A stretch of 64,000 bases of DNA from Opitutales bacterium (GCA_049599475.1 JBMYOQ010000014.1:14826-78825), one strand, 5' to 3'; counted from the stretch's first letter, positions 1-10,256 are shown. Notes: a model not told the origin generated them from the letters alone. Program-made: numbers and translations.

Positions 1-921
1 GTGGTCGAAGGAGATTACCGTGGCTATACCATCCAGTCGATGCCGCCGTCGAGTTCTGGAGGTGTGCACCTTATTCAGATGCTGAATATTCTCGAGGAGT
101 ATCCGATTTATAATTACGGCCACAACACAGCGCAGACAATTCACCTGATGGCCGAAGCCATGCGCAGTGCTTACGCGGATCGCTCTAAATATCTGGGCGA
201 CACTGATTTTGTAGATGTGCCGATGACGGGGTTGACTTCTAAGGCATATGCGGACGCTCTTCGCGCCAAAATCCCCTTTGACCGTGCGCGCGTCAGCGCC
301 GAACTCGGCCCAGATAATCCACACCCGTTTAATGAAAGCCCTGAGACGACGCACTATTCGGTTGTCGACGACGAGGGAAACGCCGTCTCCTGCACCACCA
401 CGCTCCGCTTTAGCTATGGCAATGGTATCGCAGCGGAAGGCCTGGGCTTCCTCTACAACAACAATATGGGCAACTTCGCCGCCAAACCCGGCACCGCCGA
501 CGCCTTCGGCCTCATAGGCGCAGAGGCCAATGCAATCGAGCCCGGGAAACGTATGCTCAGTTCCATGACACCCGTTATCGTTTTAAAAGATGGAAAGGTC
601 CACCTTGTCACAGGCTCTCCAGGAGGCTCGCGGATTATCACAGTCGTCATGCAAGTCATCATGAACGTGATCGACCACCAGCTAAATATAGCCGAAGCCA
701 CCGCAGCGCCCCGTATCCACCATCAGTGGATTCCAGATTCGATAGGCGTCGAAAAAACGCTCAACGCCGATACACGCCGCCTCTTAGAAGCTATTGGCCA
801 TACCGTCAAAGAAAGCCCTTCGGCCTCTGGAAGCACCCAGAGCATCATGCTGATCGATGGAATCTTCTACGGCTCATCAGACACCCGCCGCGAGAATGCA
901 CTGACGGTGGGTATCCCGTGA
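1..921 (+). CDS. ggt: Gamma-glutamyltransferase, C-terminal part (5' end truncated by window edge)
   Basis: PPSSSGG, autocleavage site ETTHYSVVD (nucleophile Thr), PGKRMLSSMTP, GSPGGSRII and PRIHHQW are GGT family motifs. Confidence 0.95.
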   Translation: MVEGDYRGYTIQSMPPSSSGGVHLIQMLNILEEYPIYNYGHNTAQTIHLMAEAMRSAYADRSKYLGDTDFVDVPMTGLTSKAYADALRAKIPFDRARVSAELGPDNPHPFNESPETTHYSVVDDEGNAVSCTTTLRFSYGNGIAAEGLGFLYNNNMGNFAAKPGTADAFGLIGAEANAIEPGKRMLSSMTPVIVLKDGKVHLVTGSPGGSRIITVVMQVIMNVIDHQLNIAEATAAPRIHHQWIPDSIGVEKTLNADTRRLLEAIGHTVKESPSASGSTQSIMLIDGIFYGSSDTRRENALTVGIP

Positions 922-922
922 G
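883..922 (+). repeat. 40-bp direct repeat, copy 1 (3' end of ggt including stop codon)
   Basis: acccgccgcgagaatgcActgacggtgggtatcccgtgag; 39/40 identical to 3426-3465. Confidence 0.95.
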
Positions 923-1039
923 AAGGTGTGTTTTGTTAGTTTTGTTAGACGGAGATTTGGGTCCTCAGCCAAGAGGGTCTATATAAGTCGATGAAAGGCT
1001 TGACTGTGAGGAAGTTTCCTCGCTGCGTAGGAAAACGCT

Positions 1040-3358
1040 ATGAATTTAAAGTTTTTGCCCTTATCGTGCCTAGATGCAGTTAGTTACGTTTTGCGGAAAC
1101 GAGTTGTTTTGTCGTTATGTTCGTTTCTGGCTTTCATTGGGCCTGTGGCTTTGGCGGAGATCCTCCCTCGCTTGATCGAGTCGGATCTAACGCTTAGGGC
1201 TGATAGAGAATACTATTTGACCGAAATTCATTATGTCCTGCCGGGTGTGTCTCTGACTATTGAGCCCGGAGTTCGAATTTCGACTCCTGAAAATCAGCAC
1301 GTGTGGGATCCCGCGGTCTTAGTGGTGACACGAGGGGCTCAGATATGGGCAGAAGGGACTTCTGATGAGCCGATCGTTTTTGATCAGATTTCGGGGATTG
1401 TCATTTTAGGGGATGCCTTCTCAAAGGAAAGTGATGCTGTCTATCCAGGTATAGATTACAGCGAGAACTCATTGATACAGGACGATAAATATTGGGGAAT
1501 TATGGAACAATATCCTACATTCCTAGACGATCCGTTCTTGCTTGAGTACGGGGGAGACAATCCAAGAGGTAATTCGGGTGTTCTGAAGTATGTTTCTATT
1601 AGAAACTCTCGTTATATGGGCCTATATTTTAACGATCTATGTGATTGTTGTAATACTTTTGGTTATTACCTTCCCTTGCTTTCCCTGATGGGAGTAGGGG
1701 CTGAAACGGTTGTTGATAACATCGAGATCTATAAGCCTGAAGAAGAAGCGATGCACGTTGTGGGAGGTAGTGTCGATTTGACGCATATTTTCGTGAATAA
1801 GAGCAGCGGGGAAATAGGCAAACAGGTGTCACTGAGGTTGGAAGGAGGATACACTGGAAATTTACAATATGCCCTTGTCGCCCAGTCCGATCCAGATTGG
1901 TTAGCGAGTAGCACTTTGGAAACGGTCCCTCAGAATTTGAGCGCTATCACCATTGTGGGGCTAGATGAGGATAGTGAAAATCCGGACGGAAGGTCATTTT
2001 TATCAAATGTATCTATATATATGGATAATCGCCCTGATAACAGGAGTATACCCCTTATAGATACTAGTAGGAGCGATTCAACTTTTGGAGGTATTTTAAA
2101 TTCTTCATGCGTTGCTAATTCTGAGGTTTTTTTAAGTTTAAACCTCGATGATTTAATTGTCTTTGATCAAACCTATGCCGGTTTGGTTTTATACAATTAT
2201 GGTCGCAGTGAAGGGTTCTCATTTGAGAACCTGAGTATTGATGAATCGAAGCATAATGATCCTTCAGGGCTGCTGGATCTAATTTCTGCGGATGCCAGTC
2301 TAAATGTAGTAGAGGATCCTGGGGGCAGAATTAACTCGGGTCATTTTTCCTACCTTGCGAGTGGTCCGTTGCTTGATAGGGATGCAGTGGCTATCGTACC
2401 GGTAGAATCGAAACTTGAACAGTCCGAGTTCGTGGGGGCATTTGGTCAAGAAAACTGGGCTGATTGGACTTATTCCTTTGAGACTGGAGATTGGTTGTGG
2501 ACGGAAAATACCACGTTCTCCGTGGAGGAAGCTGCCGCTGATGCATTAGATACTGATCCCTCTAGAAATCTCTATGGGAGGGGCTTTAGATTGGCCGACG
2601 GTGAAGAAAGTGATCGAGAGGATTTATTGACACTCAAGTCTCTGGATTTGGGTGAAACGGATCCTGCATATTTATCTATATTTGTAGACGGACCAAGAGA
2701 GATAACTTTTGATTATTCCCTCGTCGGTAAAGGCCAGAGCATCGGCTCCTGCGTTACCATTAATAATTTGGATGAGGTTGGATTTTATTCCTGTTCAGAT
2801 TTGAATTTTTATTACCTATTGACTGAGGAGGTGCCTCTTGTAGCGACGGATGAACCGTTGTGGAATACCTTCTCTTACCAAATTCCTGAAGGTGATTTTG
2901 AAATTAGAATTGAAGCAGAGTTATTGGACACTGGATCGCCGGAGACGACCACACTGCAGCTAGATAGGCTCATTATTTCAGACATTGATAACGCAAGCCT
3001 CGTCGAAGATATGCTGGGATTCTATGAGCCGATCTCAAACATTGAAGCGAGTGGGCTTTTAGATTCAAATTGGGGTGTCGTGGATTGGCTTGGGGTTATA
3101 GAAATTTCTTCGTTTCCATGGATTTATCATACCGAATTACGTTGGCTATACGCAGAAGAAATCAAAGACGAAGAAACTGAGGCAGAAAATCGGGCATGGT
3201 TATGGATCCCTTGCGAGGGCGGATGGTATCTATTTTCAGAAGCCGCCCAATCGTATTGCTGGTCTTCGGATCACCAAGAATGGCAATTCATTTTTTCCGA
3301 CGAAACAGGGTCTTGGATATATAGCTACAAAGATGCTGAATGGAGATTGATTGAATGA
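1040..3358 (+). CDS. Secreted/surface protein with N-terminal beta-helix-like domain and Trp-rich C-terminal domain
   Basis: Signal peptide (..GPVALA-E); LTIEPGV, LVVTRGAQIWAEGT, YGG..NSGVLKYVSI and LSLMGVG motifs typical of parallel beta-helix surface proteins; C-terminal WLG/PWIYH/WLY/GGWY repeats; visibly more AT-rich than flanks. Confidence 0.7.
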   Translation: MNLKFLPLSCLDAVSYVLRKRVVLSLCSFLAFIGPVALAEILPRLIESDLTLRADREYYLTEIHYVLPGVSLTIEPGVRISTPENQHVWDPAVLVVTRGAQIWAEGTSDEPIVFDQISGIVILGDAFSKESDAVYPGIDYSENSLIQDDKYWGIMEQYPTFLDDPFLLEYGGDNPRGNSGVLKYVSIRNSRYMGLYFNDLCDCCNTFGYYLPLLSLMGVGAETVVDNIEIYKPEEEAMHVVGGSVDLTHIFVNKSSGEIGKQVSLRLEGGYTGNLQYALVAQSDPDWLASSTLETVPQNLSAITIVGLDEDSENPDGRSFLSNVSIYMDNRPDNRSIPLIDTSRSDSTFGGILNSSCVANSEVFLSLNLDDLIVFDQTYAGLVLYNYGRSEGFSFENLSIDESKHNDPSGLLDLISADASLNVVEDPGGRINSGHFSYLASGPLLDRDAVAIVPVESKLEQSEFVGAFGQENWADWTYSFETGDWLWTENTTFSVEEAAADALDTDPSRNLYGRGFRLADGEESDREDLLTLKSLDLGETDPAYLSIFVDGPREITFDYSLVGKGQSIGSCVTINNLDEVGFYSCSDLNFYYLLTEEVPLVATDEPLWNTFSYQIPEGDFEIRIEAELLDTGSPETTTLQLDRLIISDIDNASLVEDMLGFYEPISNIEASGLLDSNWGVVDWLGVIEISSFPWIYHTELRWLYAEEIKDEETEAENRAWLWIPCEGGWYLFSEAAQSYCWSSDHQEWQFIFSDETGSWIYSYKDAEWRLIE

Positions 3359-3425
3359 GTCTAGCTATAGCAAACATTTGATAGATTAAGCTCCTTGTTG
3401 GTTACGGTTTTGCCCCGTATCGGGT

Positions 3426-3465
3426 ACCCGCCGCGAGAATGCTCTGACGGTGGGTATCCCGTGAG
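3426..3465 (+). repeat. 40-bp direct repeat, copy 2 (non-coding duplicate of ggt 3' end)
   Basis: acccgccgcgagaatgcTctgacggtgggtatcccgtgag; single mismatch to 883-922. Confidence 0.95.
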
Positions 3466-3488
3466 CCTCTTGAGCCTTGAGGCACTGT

Positions 3489-4121
3489 TTACATTTGGCG
3501 TTTCAATGCTGCTCTGCGCTCATCTTTGATCTCGAGCCAGGTCATGAATTGTTGCTGAGTTAGAATATCCTCGATGGATTCGTCCATCTCTGCGTTTAGA
3601 GACTTGAGTTCTTTGGCTATTTTGCGCTTCTTGAACATACTGGATTCTTTCAATTCTTGCGTGAGTTTCATGAGCTGGGGTTGATATACGGTCATGATAG
3701 CATCGAATGCGACGCCCTGATCTTCGTTTAGCTCGAGCCTTTCTTTTGTAATAGCAAGGGCTTCCTTGCGCTCGTCGGTACGTTTAGACTCTTTGTTGGC
3801 CTTGTAAGTAGCGTATTGCTCTTCGGTGAGGATATCTTTGATTTGTGCATCCGCGTCTTCAGAAATCTCTTTAATTTGAGCCATTAACTTAATGCGTTCC
3901 GATTTGCTCTTAGCCATTTCGATTTCTTCGGAAAGTTGCTCAGCCTTTTCTGTAGCGTTTTGTTGCACCTTCTGGAGCTCGTTGGCTTGTTCATCTGTGA
4001 GCCCAACTTTAGATTGAATCTCCTCGATGGATACTTGAGGGACCTCTGGTTGTGCCGTGAGAGACGCGACTCCTAGCATAAGTAGGGCTAGGCCACGTTG
4101 GATGGATCTTCTGTTATTCAT
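3489..4121 (-). CDS. Exported helical protein with four LTxxQ-like motifs (Spy/CpxP-like)
   Basis: Signal peptide; LTDEQ, LTEEQ, LNEDQ, LTQQQ; charged coiled-coil composition; 9 bp downstream of the RND permease. Confidence 0.65.
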   Translation of the reverse strand: MNNRRSIQRGLALLMLGVASLTAQPEVPQVSIEEIQSKVGLTDEQANELQKVQQNATEKAEQLSEEIEMAKSKSERIKLMAQIKEISEDADAQIKDILTEEQYATYKANKESKRTDERKEALAITKERLELNEDQGVAFDAIMTVYQPQLMKLTQELKESSMFKKRKIAKELKSLNAEMDESIEDILTQQQFMTWLEIKDERRAALKRQM

Positions 4122-4130
4122 GGTGATAAT

Positions 4131-7100
4131 TTATTGATTATGATTAGAAATAGCTGTTGCGGATTGCTTTCCGAGGGCAAGGCAAGCAGGTACTAGAATA
4201 AGTATGACAAAGCTGGCGAAGAGTATTCCGAAAGCTACGCTAAGTGCCATAGGTATGAGAAAGCGGGCCTGGACACTTGTTTCAGAAATCATGGGTAAAA
4301 GGCCGAGAAAGGTGGTCAATGTAGTGATGAATATGGGACGAAACCTGCGCTCAACAGCCGATAGTATATTCTCTATCTTTGTGCCTTTTCCCTCTTTTTG
4401 AAGTTGATTGAAATAATCGATTAGGACAACGGAATCGTTTACCACCACGCCCGCCAAGGCCACCATTCCGAATAGTGAAAGGAAGGACAGATCGAAGCCG
4501 AGAGCGTAATGTCCTAGAATAGCTCCTACAGCTCCAAAGGGGATGGCAAATAAGATAATCAGCGGTTGGGTGTAGGAACGTAGCTGGCTCGAGAGGAGGG
4601 CATACATGATCATGATGCCTATCAAGAGATTCCCTGCGAGTACCCGTATGTCTTCGGCTTGATCTCGTGCTTGACCATCTTGAACGAGGTAAAGCCCAGG
4701 GAATTTTGATTCGAGTTCCCCGAGGACGTTTGCCTCAAGGAAGGCGGTGACATCGTTGGGCGTCGTGATATTTTCGTCCACGTCAGCCGAAACGGTTATG
4801 ATCCTGCGTCCATCGACTCGATTAATGGATGCCGGGCTTCGGGTTTCGCCGACTTCGGCGACGGTGCGAAGATTCGCAATCGTCCCATTGGGCAAGTTTA
4901 TCTGCATGCTCGCTAGGTCTGCGAGGCTTCTCCTTCCGGCTTCGGGTAGGCGAACGAAGACGAGCACTTCGTTTCCATCTCTTTGAATGCGCTGCACCTC
5001 CTCACCGTAGAAGGCCTGGCGCACCTGTTTGGCGAGTTCACTCACAGTAAGTCCCGCGGAGATGCCTTCAGGTGTCAGGGAAAACTCCAGCTGTCTACTG
5101 CCGAGCTCACCGGTATTTTCAATTTCGACAACTCCATTAATCCCCTTGAGAGCGGCTTCGAGCTCGGCGACGGCGGCAACCAGATTTGTATCATTCGAAT
5201 GGGACAAATTGAAGCTGAGGTCGTCGCCCCCGCTCAGTCCCTCGGAAGCAAACGTCAGACTGCGCACTCCGGCGAGTTCGCCGAGAGATTCGCGCCATAG
5301 GCTTTCAATTTCGGCGGCGGTCTGGGCGCGTTCCCCAGCGGGTGCAAGCTCTAAGGTGGCGGATGCAATTTCTGAACTTACCTGGGTGCCTTCTGCGCCG
5401 AAACCCGATGTAAGCTCGCCGCCGATGGTTACGGAGAGACTTCGATAGAGTGGACTCTCTTGGCCGCCGATAGCCTGATAGCCGGCCGCGATAATTTTGT
5501 CCATTGTCCGCTCGGTTTGTTCGAAGGAGGTGCCCTTTGGCATTTCGAGGTTTACCTTAATTTCCTCGCCTTCAACGACTGGGAAGAAGACGAAACGTAG
5601 GTGACCTCCTGATAGGAGCCCAAGGCTGGCGATAAAGAGGGAGATCCCGGCCGCTATGACTAGATAGGGCATGCGTACGCTGAATCGAGTCGCAGGTATT
5701 ATGATGGTATCGCGAAAGCGATTGAGGGCGACCGTTACCCAGGCTTTGACTCGCTTCATAGGGCCGGTGGTCCAATCCCCGCCATGGGACATATGCGATG
5801 GGAGAATGAAAAATACCTCGATGAGCGATATGATCAAAACTGCGATAGCCACCAAGGGCACAGGGCGTGTGATCTGCCCTAGCATTCCACTTGAAAATAA
5901 TAAAGGGGCAAAGACCGCTATCGTTGTGAGCACTCCGACCGTTACTGGCGCGGCAACGCTAGTCGACCCCAGGACAGCTGCCCGTAAGCCCTGTTCGCCG
6001 CGCTCCTGCCGTTCGTAGATGTTTTCACCGACGACGATGGCGTCGTCCACCACGAGGCCCAATACCATGATGAGGCCGAGGAGCATGGTCATGTTGATCG
6101 TGGTGAATTGACCAAACAGAATGAAGCCGCCTAGAAACGCTACTGGGATGCCTACGCAGGTCCAGAAGGCTAGGCGAAGATCGAGGGTCAGTGCCAGGAA
6201 TACGAATACAAGGGCCAATCCCATAATCGCATTGCGCATGAGGAGGTTGATCCGGTCGCGTATGACTTCCGTTTGGTCTCCTACGAGGAATACGCTAATT
6301 CCGGCCACAGGTTGATAGGTCGCCAAAAATGCTTTTGCGGCATCAGCGACGGTGATCGAGTCTTCGTTGGAGCTGCGAGAGATTTGCAGGAAGACTGCTG
6401 GCTCGCCATTGTATGTATTGATCAACTGGGCATCTTCGAAACCGTCGCGTATGGTGGCGATATCTCCAAGCGAAACGCTGCGACCCTCAGCATCGGTGAG
6501 AATTTCTATTTCTGCGAAATCTGCGGCATTTTTGACCTCTTGGTCCGTTCTCAGGAGGATGTTGCCAGCAGAAGTGCGCAGGGTGCCTCCAGACAGGTTT
6601 ACTGAGGCGGAGCGGATGGTGTTACTGACCTGGTCAATGGATATCTCGTATTGGCGGAGTGTTGCCTGAGATACTTCGATGGATATCTCGTAGTTCCGCG
6701 CGCCCTGCAGGGTGACTGTGCTGATGTCGTCGAGCATCAGAAGGTCGCGTTCCAGGCTTTCCGCGGCCTTGCGCAAGGCCAGCTCGTCGACGGCTCCAGT
6801 AACCACCAAACGCGCAACATTGGACGCGACCGTGGTCACAGAAACCTCTGCTTCGCCCGCGTCTTCTGGAGGAAAATCAACTAAGCCATCGATCGCAGAT
6901 TGCACTTCGTCGGCGACCGTGCGCGCGTCTGCGAAGTCCGTCAGTTCGACCGTAACGGTCCCGAGCCCCTCAACGGCTTTCGAGCTTACGCGCTTGATAC
7001 CCTCCAGGCCCAAGATGGCATCTTCTGCGCGTTGGGTGATGCTGGAGGCAATTTCTTCAGGGCTGGCCCCTCCGTATTTAACGGACACAGTGATCGTGCG

Positions 7101-7256
7101 AGGATCGATCTCGGGAAAGAGATCTGAATTGGTGTTACTCATTGTGTGCCAGCCCCCCAATAACAGGCCGAACATGAGGATATTCGCAGCAATAGAATTC
7201 TGGGCGAACCAGCCGATAATGCCCGCTCGCTCAATATTTGGACCCGGGCCACTCAT
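4131..7256 (-). CDS. RND efflux permease (AcrB/AcrD/AcrF family)
   Basis: 1041 aa; GLVVDDAIVVGENI (TM4 Asp pair), RFRPIFITTLTT, GASPEEI; two large periplasmic domains. Confidence 0.95.
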   Translation of the reverse strand: MSGPGPNIERAGIIGWFAQNSIAANILMFGLLLGGWHTMSNTNSDLFPEIDPRTITVSVKYGGASPEEIASSITQRAEDAILGLEGIKRVSSKAVEGLGTVTVELTDFADARTVADEVQSAIDGLVDFPPEDAGEAEVSVTTVASNVARLVVTGAVDELALRKAAESLERDLLMLDDISTVTLQGARNYEISIEVSQATLRQYEISIDQVSNTIRSASVNLSGGTLRTSAGNILLRTDQEVKNAADFAEIEILTDAEGRSVSLGDIATIRDGFEDAQLINTYNGEPAVFLQISRSSNEDSITVADAAKAFLATYQPVAGISVFLVGDQTEVIRDRINLLMRNAIMGLALVFVFLALTLDLRLAFWTCVGIPVAFLGGFILFGQFTTINMTMLLGLIMVLGLVVDDAIVVGENIYERQERGEQGLRAAVLGSTSVAAPVTVGVLTTIAVFAPLLFSSGMLGQITRPVPLVAIAVLIISLIEVFFILPSHMSHGGDWTTGPMKRVKAWVTVALNRFRDTIIIPATRFSVRMPYLVIAAGISLFIASLGLLSGGHLRFVFFPVVEGEEIKVNLEMPKGTSFEQTERTMDKIIAAGYQAIGGQESPLYRSLSVTIGGELTSGFGAEGTQVSSEIASATLELAPAGERAQTAAEIESLWRESLGELAGVRSLTFASEGLSGGDDLSFNLSHSNDTNLVAAVAELEAALKGINGVVEIENTGELGSRQLEFSLTPEGISAGLTVSELAKQVRQAFYGEEVQRIQRDGNEVLVFVRLPEAGRRSLADLASMQINLPNGTIANLRTVAEVGETRSPASINRVDGRRIITVSADVDENITTPNDVTAFLEANVLGELESKFPGLYLVQDGQARDQAEDIRVLAGNLLIGIMIMYALLSSQLRSYTQPLIILFAIPFGAVGAILGHYALGFDLSFLSLFGMVALAGVVVNDSVVLIDYFNQLQKEGKGTKIENILSAVERRFRPIFITTLTTFLGLLPMISETSVQARFLIPMALSVAFGILFASFVILILVPACLALGKQSATAISNHNQ

Positions 7257-8404
7257 TGCGCGGCCTCCGAATTGATAATCTTTACGGGGGTCGATTCTGT
7301 GGGGTCAATTAATGGAGATACGATGATGCCTTCTCCGAAATCGAAGGGCGCCGTGATCAATTCTCCCTCATCATGAAGGCCTAGAATTTCCAAGGCCTGC
7401 TTCTTCAGGCGCCCCTCTTTGACAAACCAGACGTAGCGCGCCTCCAACATCGCTAGCTCCGGAATAATCAAGGCGTCTTCCACGACGGGCCCGCTTATCT
7501 CAACGTTCACAAATGTACCAGGAATGACACCACTGGGGTCGTCAAAGGTTACGATGGCTCCCCCGAGCCGCGTAGTGCGGTCTAACTCAGCTTCTACGCG
7601 ACTAAGGGTTCCTGAATATTCTCTCGTAAATCCTCGACTTCCTGCACGAATGACTGCTTCGCGCCCCGCTGCACCCTCCAAGGCCATGAGCATGTTCGCG
7701 TCGATAGAGACAGACACTTCTAGGCTATCCAGGGCATAGGCCTGACCATAGGTTTGGTTGGCACTAAGGCGTTGGCCGAGCTCGACTGTTGTTTCAATGA
7801 TACGGCCCGAAAAAGGTAGGGTAAAAGCGACCCTTTCGAGATTGAGTCGCGCGGAACTGAGCCGAGCTTGTGCGGATTCCAGAGAGGCTCTTGCTTGGGC
7901 GATTTGAGGTTTGCGTGCTACTAAATCGGGGACGGGTTGCCCAGGGTTTACGAGGTTCCACTCATCAACCGCGATCTCTGCTTCAGCTCGTTCGACCTGG
8001 AGGTTCGCCTTCGCAGATGAAACATCGGCTCGGGCTTGCTGCACATCCGCCTGATAATCTGCGGGGTCGAGTTTGAACAGGACTTCACCAGCTTCAAACT
8101 CTCCGCCCGATACGAGATTCGGAGAAACCTCGATGACTTGCCCGCTCACTTGAGTCGTCAGTCCGACATTGTTACGTGCCCGCACGACACCGCTCTCTTC
8201 GAGGCGAATGGGTGCGGCGAGTGACTCGGGCCGGATTACCTCGACGGCCAATTGATCGGGGCCCGTGGCACTCTGGCCGGGGCCTGAATGGGATCGGGTT
8301 AAAAGGAAATTTGCTGCGACGCCTCCCACCAAAACGACGATGATGAGGACTATTTGCAGGCTACCTTGTATGAGAGGAGATAATTTAAGTTTCACGTTTA
8401 TCAC
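7253..8404 (-). CDS. RND membrane fusion protein (periplasmic adaptor)
   Basis: N-terminal TM; lipoyl half-motifs TQVSGQV..G..GEVLFKLD and LPFSGRI; alpha-hairpin; overlaps permease start by 4 bp. Confidence 0.93.
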   Translation of the reverse strand: MINVKLKLSPLIQGSLQIVLIIVVLVGGVAANFLLTRSHSGPGQSATGPDQLAVEVIRPESLAAPIRLEESGVVRARNNVGLTTQVSGQVIEVSPNLVSGGEFEAGEVLFKLDPADYQADVQQARADVSSAKANLQVERAEAEIAVDEWNLVNPGQPVPDLVARKPQIAQARASLESAQARLSSARLNLERVAFTLPFSGRIIETTVELGQRLSANQTYGQAYALDSLEVSVSIDANMLMALEGAAGREAVIRAGSRGFTREYSGTLSRVEAELDRTTRLGGAIVTFDDPSGVIPGTFVNVEISGPVVEDALIIPELAMLEARYVWFVKEGRLKKQALEILGLHDEGELITAPFDFGEGIIVSPLIDPTESTPVKIINSEAAQ

Positions 8405-9873
8405 TATTTGGAGAGTGTCTCTGAGTCTTGAAGAGAGGATTTACCTGGGGCGAACCACGCGCCGCCGAGACTGAGATGAAGGTTGATTCGGGCTTCGAGC
8501 AAAGCTTGCTCATTGAGTAAGATATTCAGTTGTGCATTCGAGAGCCCACGCTGAGTCTCGAGTACGGAGAGAATGCTTTGAAGCCCCTGCCGATAACGGT
8601 TTTGAGCGATGCGATTGGATTGCTCGGCGGCAGCCAATGCTTTCTTTAGCTGCGTAAGCTCTTCGAGTAATCCGGTCTGTTGAGCAAGCGCAGTTTCTAC
8701 CTCGGAAAGCGCGTTTAAGGCTGTCCGTGCGTAGGCATTGGCGAGCTCCTCTGCCTCAGATTTCTCGATGCGTAAATTCGAGCGCAGCCGCCCTCCCAGA
8801 AAAATAGGTTGTGTGAGAGATGCAACGATACTGCCTAAATATTCATCGAGATCAAAGAGGTCGGATAGGTCTGAATTTTGGAAGCTCAAGGAGTTGGTGA
8901 GAGACAGCCCGGGTAAGAGATCTGCGCGTGCAGCACCGATATCTTGGAGAGCTGCATGGTAGCCCAATTCTGCAGCGGCAACATCGGGTCGTGCAGTCAG
9001 CAGAGTTGCGGGCAAGCCTATCGGCGCGAGCAAGTCGGTGTGGGGGATTAATTGGGCTCTGAAGCTCTTTGCTGTTTGCCCAGGTAAACGGCTGAGTTGC
9101 TGATCGATTATCAGGAGTTGAGTGGTTAACTGCGTCTCAATACTGGGTATCTCGGCGAGTGATGCCTCTAGATTCTGTTGCGCGATCAGAACATCCGAGG
9201 CCGAGGTATGGGAAGATCCCGCGGCGAAGCGCTCATCAGTCAATGTATAGGTCGTCTCGTAGCTTTGGGCTGTTTGAATGGCGAGGTCTAGGCGCTTTTG
9301 TAGTGTCGCTGCGGATACCCAGCTTTTCACAAACGCTGCGATCACGTTCTGTTCTGTGGCGATCAAATTCAGTTTTGCGGCCTCTGCAAAGAGTTTTGCC
9401 GATCGATGCTGGGCACGCAGGCCTCCGAACACATCGACATCCCAAGAGGTATTCACCCCCAGGCTATAGTTGGTTCCCCACGCGTATTCACCCTGAGGGC
9501 TGGGAGCTCGAGTCCTTGTTGCGCCCCCTTGAACTGTTGCCGTGGGTAGTCGCGCGCCTCCGGTTTGATGTGCGAATTCCTCTGCTTGATTGACGCGCTC
9601 GCGGGCTTCTCTGAGATCGAAGTTGTTTTCCAGGAGATGTATGACAAGTCCATCGAGTTCGGCTCCTCCAATATTCTCCCACCAGCTAATTTGTTCAACC
9701 GGCGTCGAAGGGGCCTCCACCGGCTGAAATGCAAATGCCGGGCTATCCTCGATCATCGAAACCGTAGCAGGGCGTTTCTGCTGAGGGGATAAGCTGCACC
9801 CGGTGCTTAGTAGAGAAGCTAAGCAAAGGCCCGTTATTGGGAGAAGTAATCTGTTGAAGGATGTTGCAGTCAT
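8404..9873 (-). CDS. Outer membrane efflux lipoprotein (OprM/NodT family)
   Basis: Lipobox LSTG-C; SWDVDVFG, PATLLTARPDVAAAE, C-terminal LHLSLGGAW. Confidence 0.93.
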   Translation of the reverse strand: MTATSFNRLLLPITGLCLASLLSTGCSLSPQQKRPATVSMIEDSPAFAFQPVEAPSTPVEQISWWENIGGAELDGLVIHLLENNFDLREARERVNQAEEFAHQTGGARLPTATVQGGATRTRAPSPQGEYAWGTNYSLGVNTSWDVDVFGGLRAQHRSAKLFAEAAKLNLIATEQNVIAAFVKSWVSAATLQKRLDLAIQTAQSYETTYTLTDERFAAGSSHTSASDVLIAQQNLEASLAEIPSIETQLTTQLLIIDQQLSRLPGQTAKSFRAQLIPHTDLLAPIGLPATLLTARPDVAAAELGYHAALQDIGAARADLLPGLSLTNSLSFQNSDLSDLFDLDEYLGSIVASLTQPIFLGGRLRSNLRIEKSEAEELANAYARTALNALSEVETALAQQTGLLEELTQLKKALAAAEQSNRIAQNRYRQGLQSILSVLETQRGLSNAQLNILLNEQALLEARINLHLSLGGAWFAPGKSSLQDSETLSK

Positions 9874-10256
9874 TTAAGTGGTCCAATGAGACGGCTACGC
9901 TGAGAAGTCTTTTGTGGTTACATTTTTGTTGCCCTGATTTGGAAAAAACTTACGGCAAAAATTCGATAGCGAATAAAATAACGGTTTACTGCATATTCTT
10001 AATTGCCTCACTTGAGGCATTGTCCGCTATATTAGTGATCTCGCAGTCGATTTTTGCTTAAAAATTTGAGAGTGGATTCTCAATGATTTTCGAGTCGCAT
10101 CGAAGCAGAATTAGTGGGTCTTTCGGCTCTGAGGGGGGTGACACTCGAAACTCCGGAAATTTTTTTTAGAGACATCATTCCAGGGGCGTGCGTATCTTGT
10201 TGGGAATAGTCACACCCGGGTTTGAGCTGGGCTAAAGATCGCGTATTGGTAAAGTA

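Noticed and set aside
4204..7275. Numerous antisense ORFs over the RND permease (similarly 12843-13571, 25411-26091, 50494-51105)
   Set aside because: Shadow ORFs of well-supported genes, with no recognisable motifs
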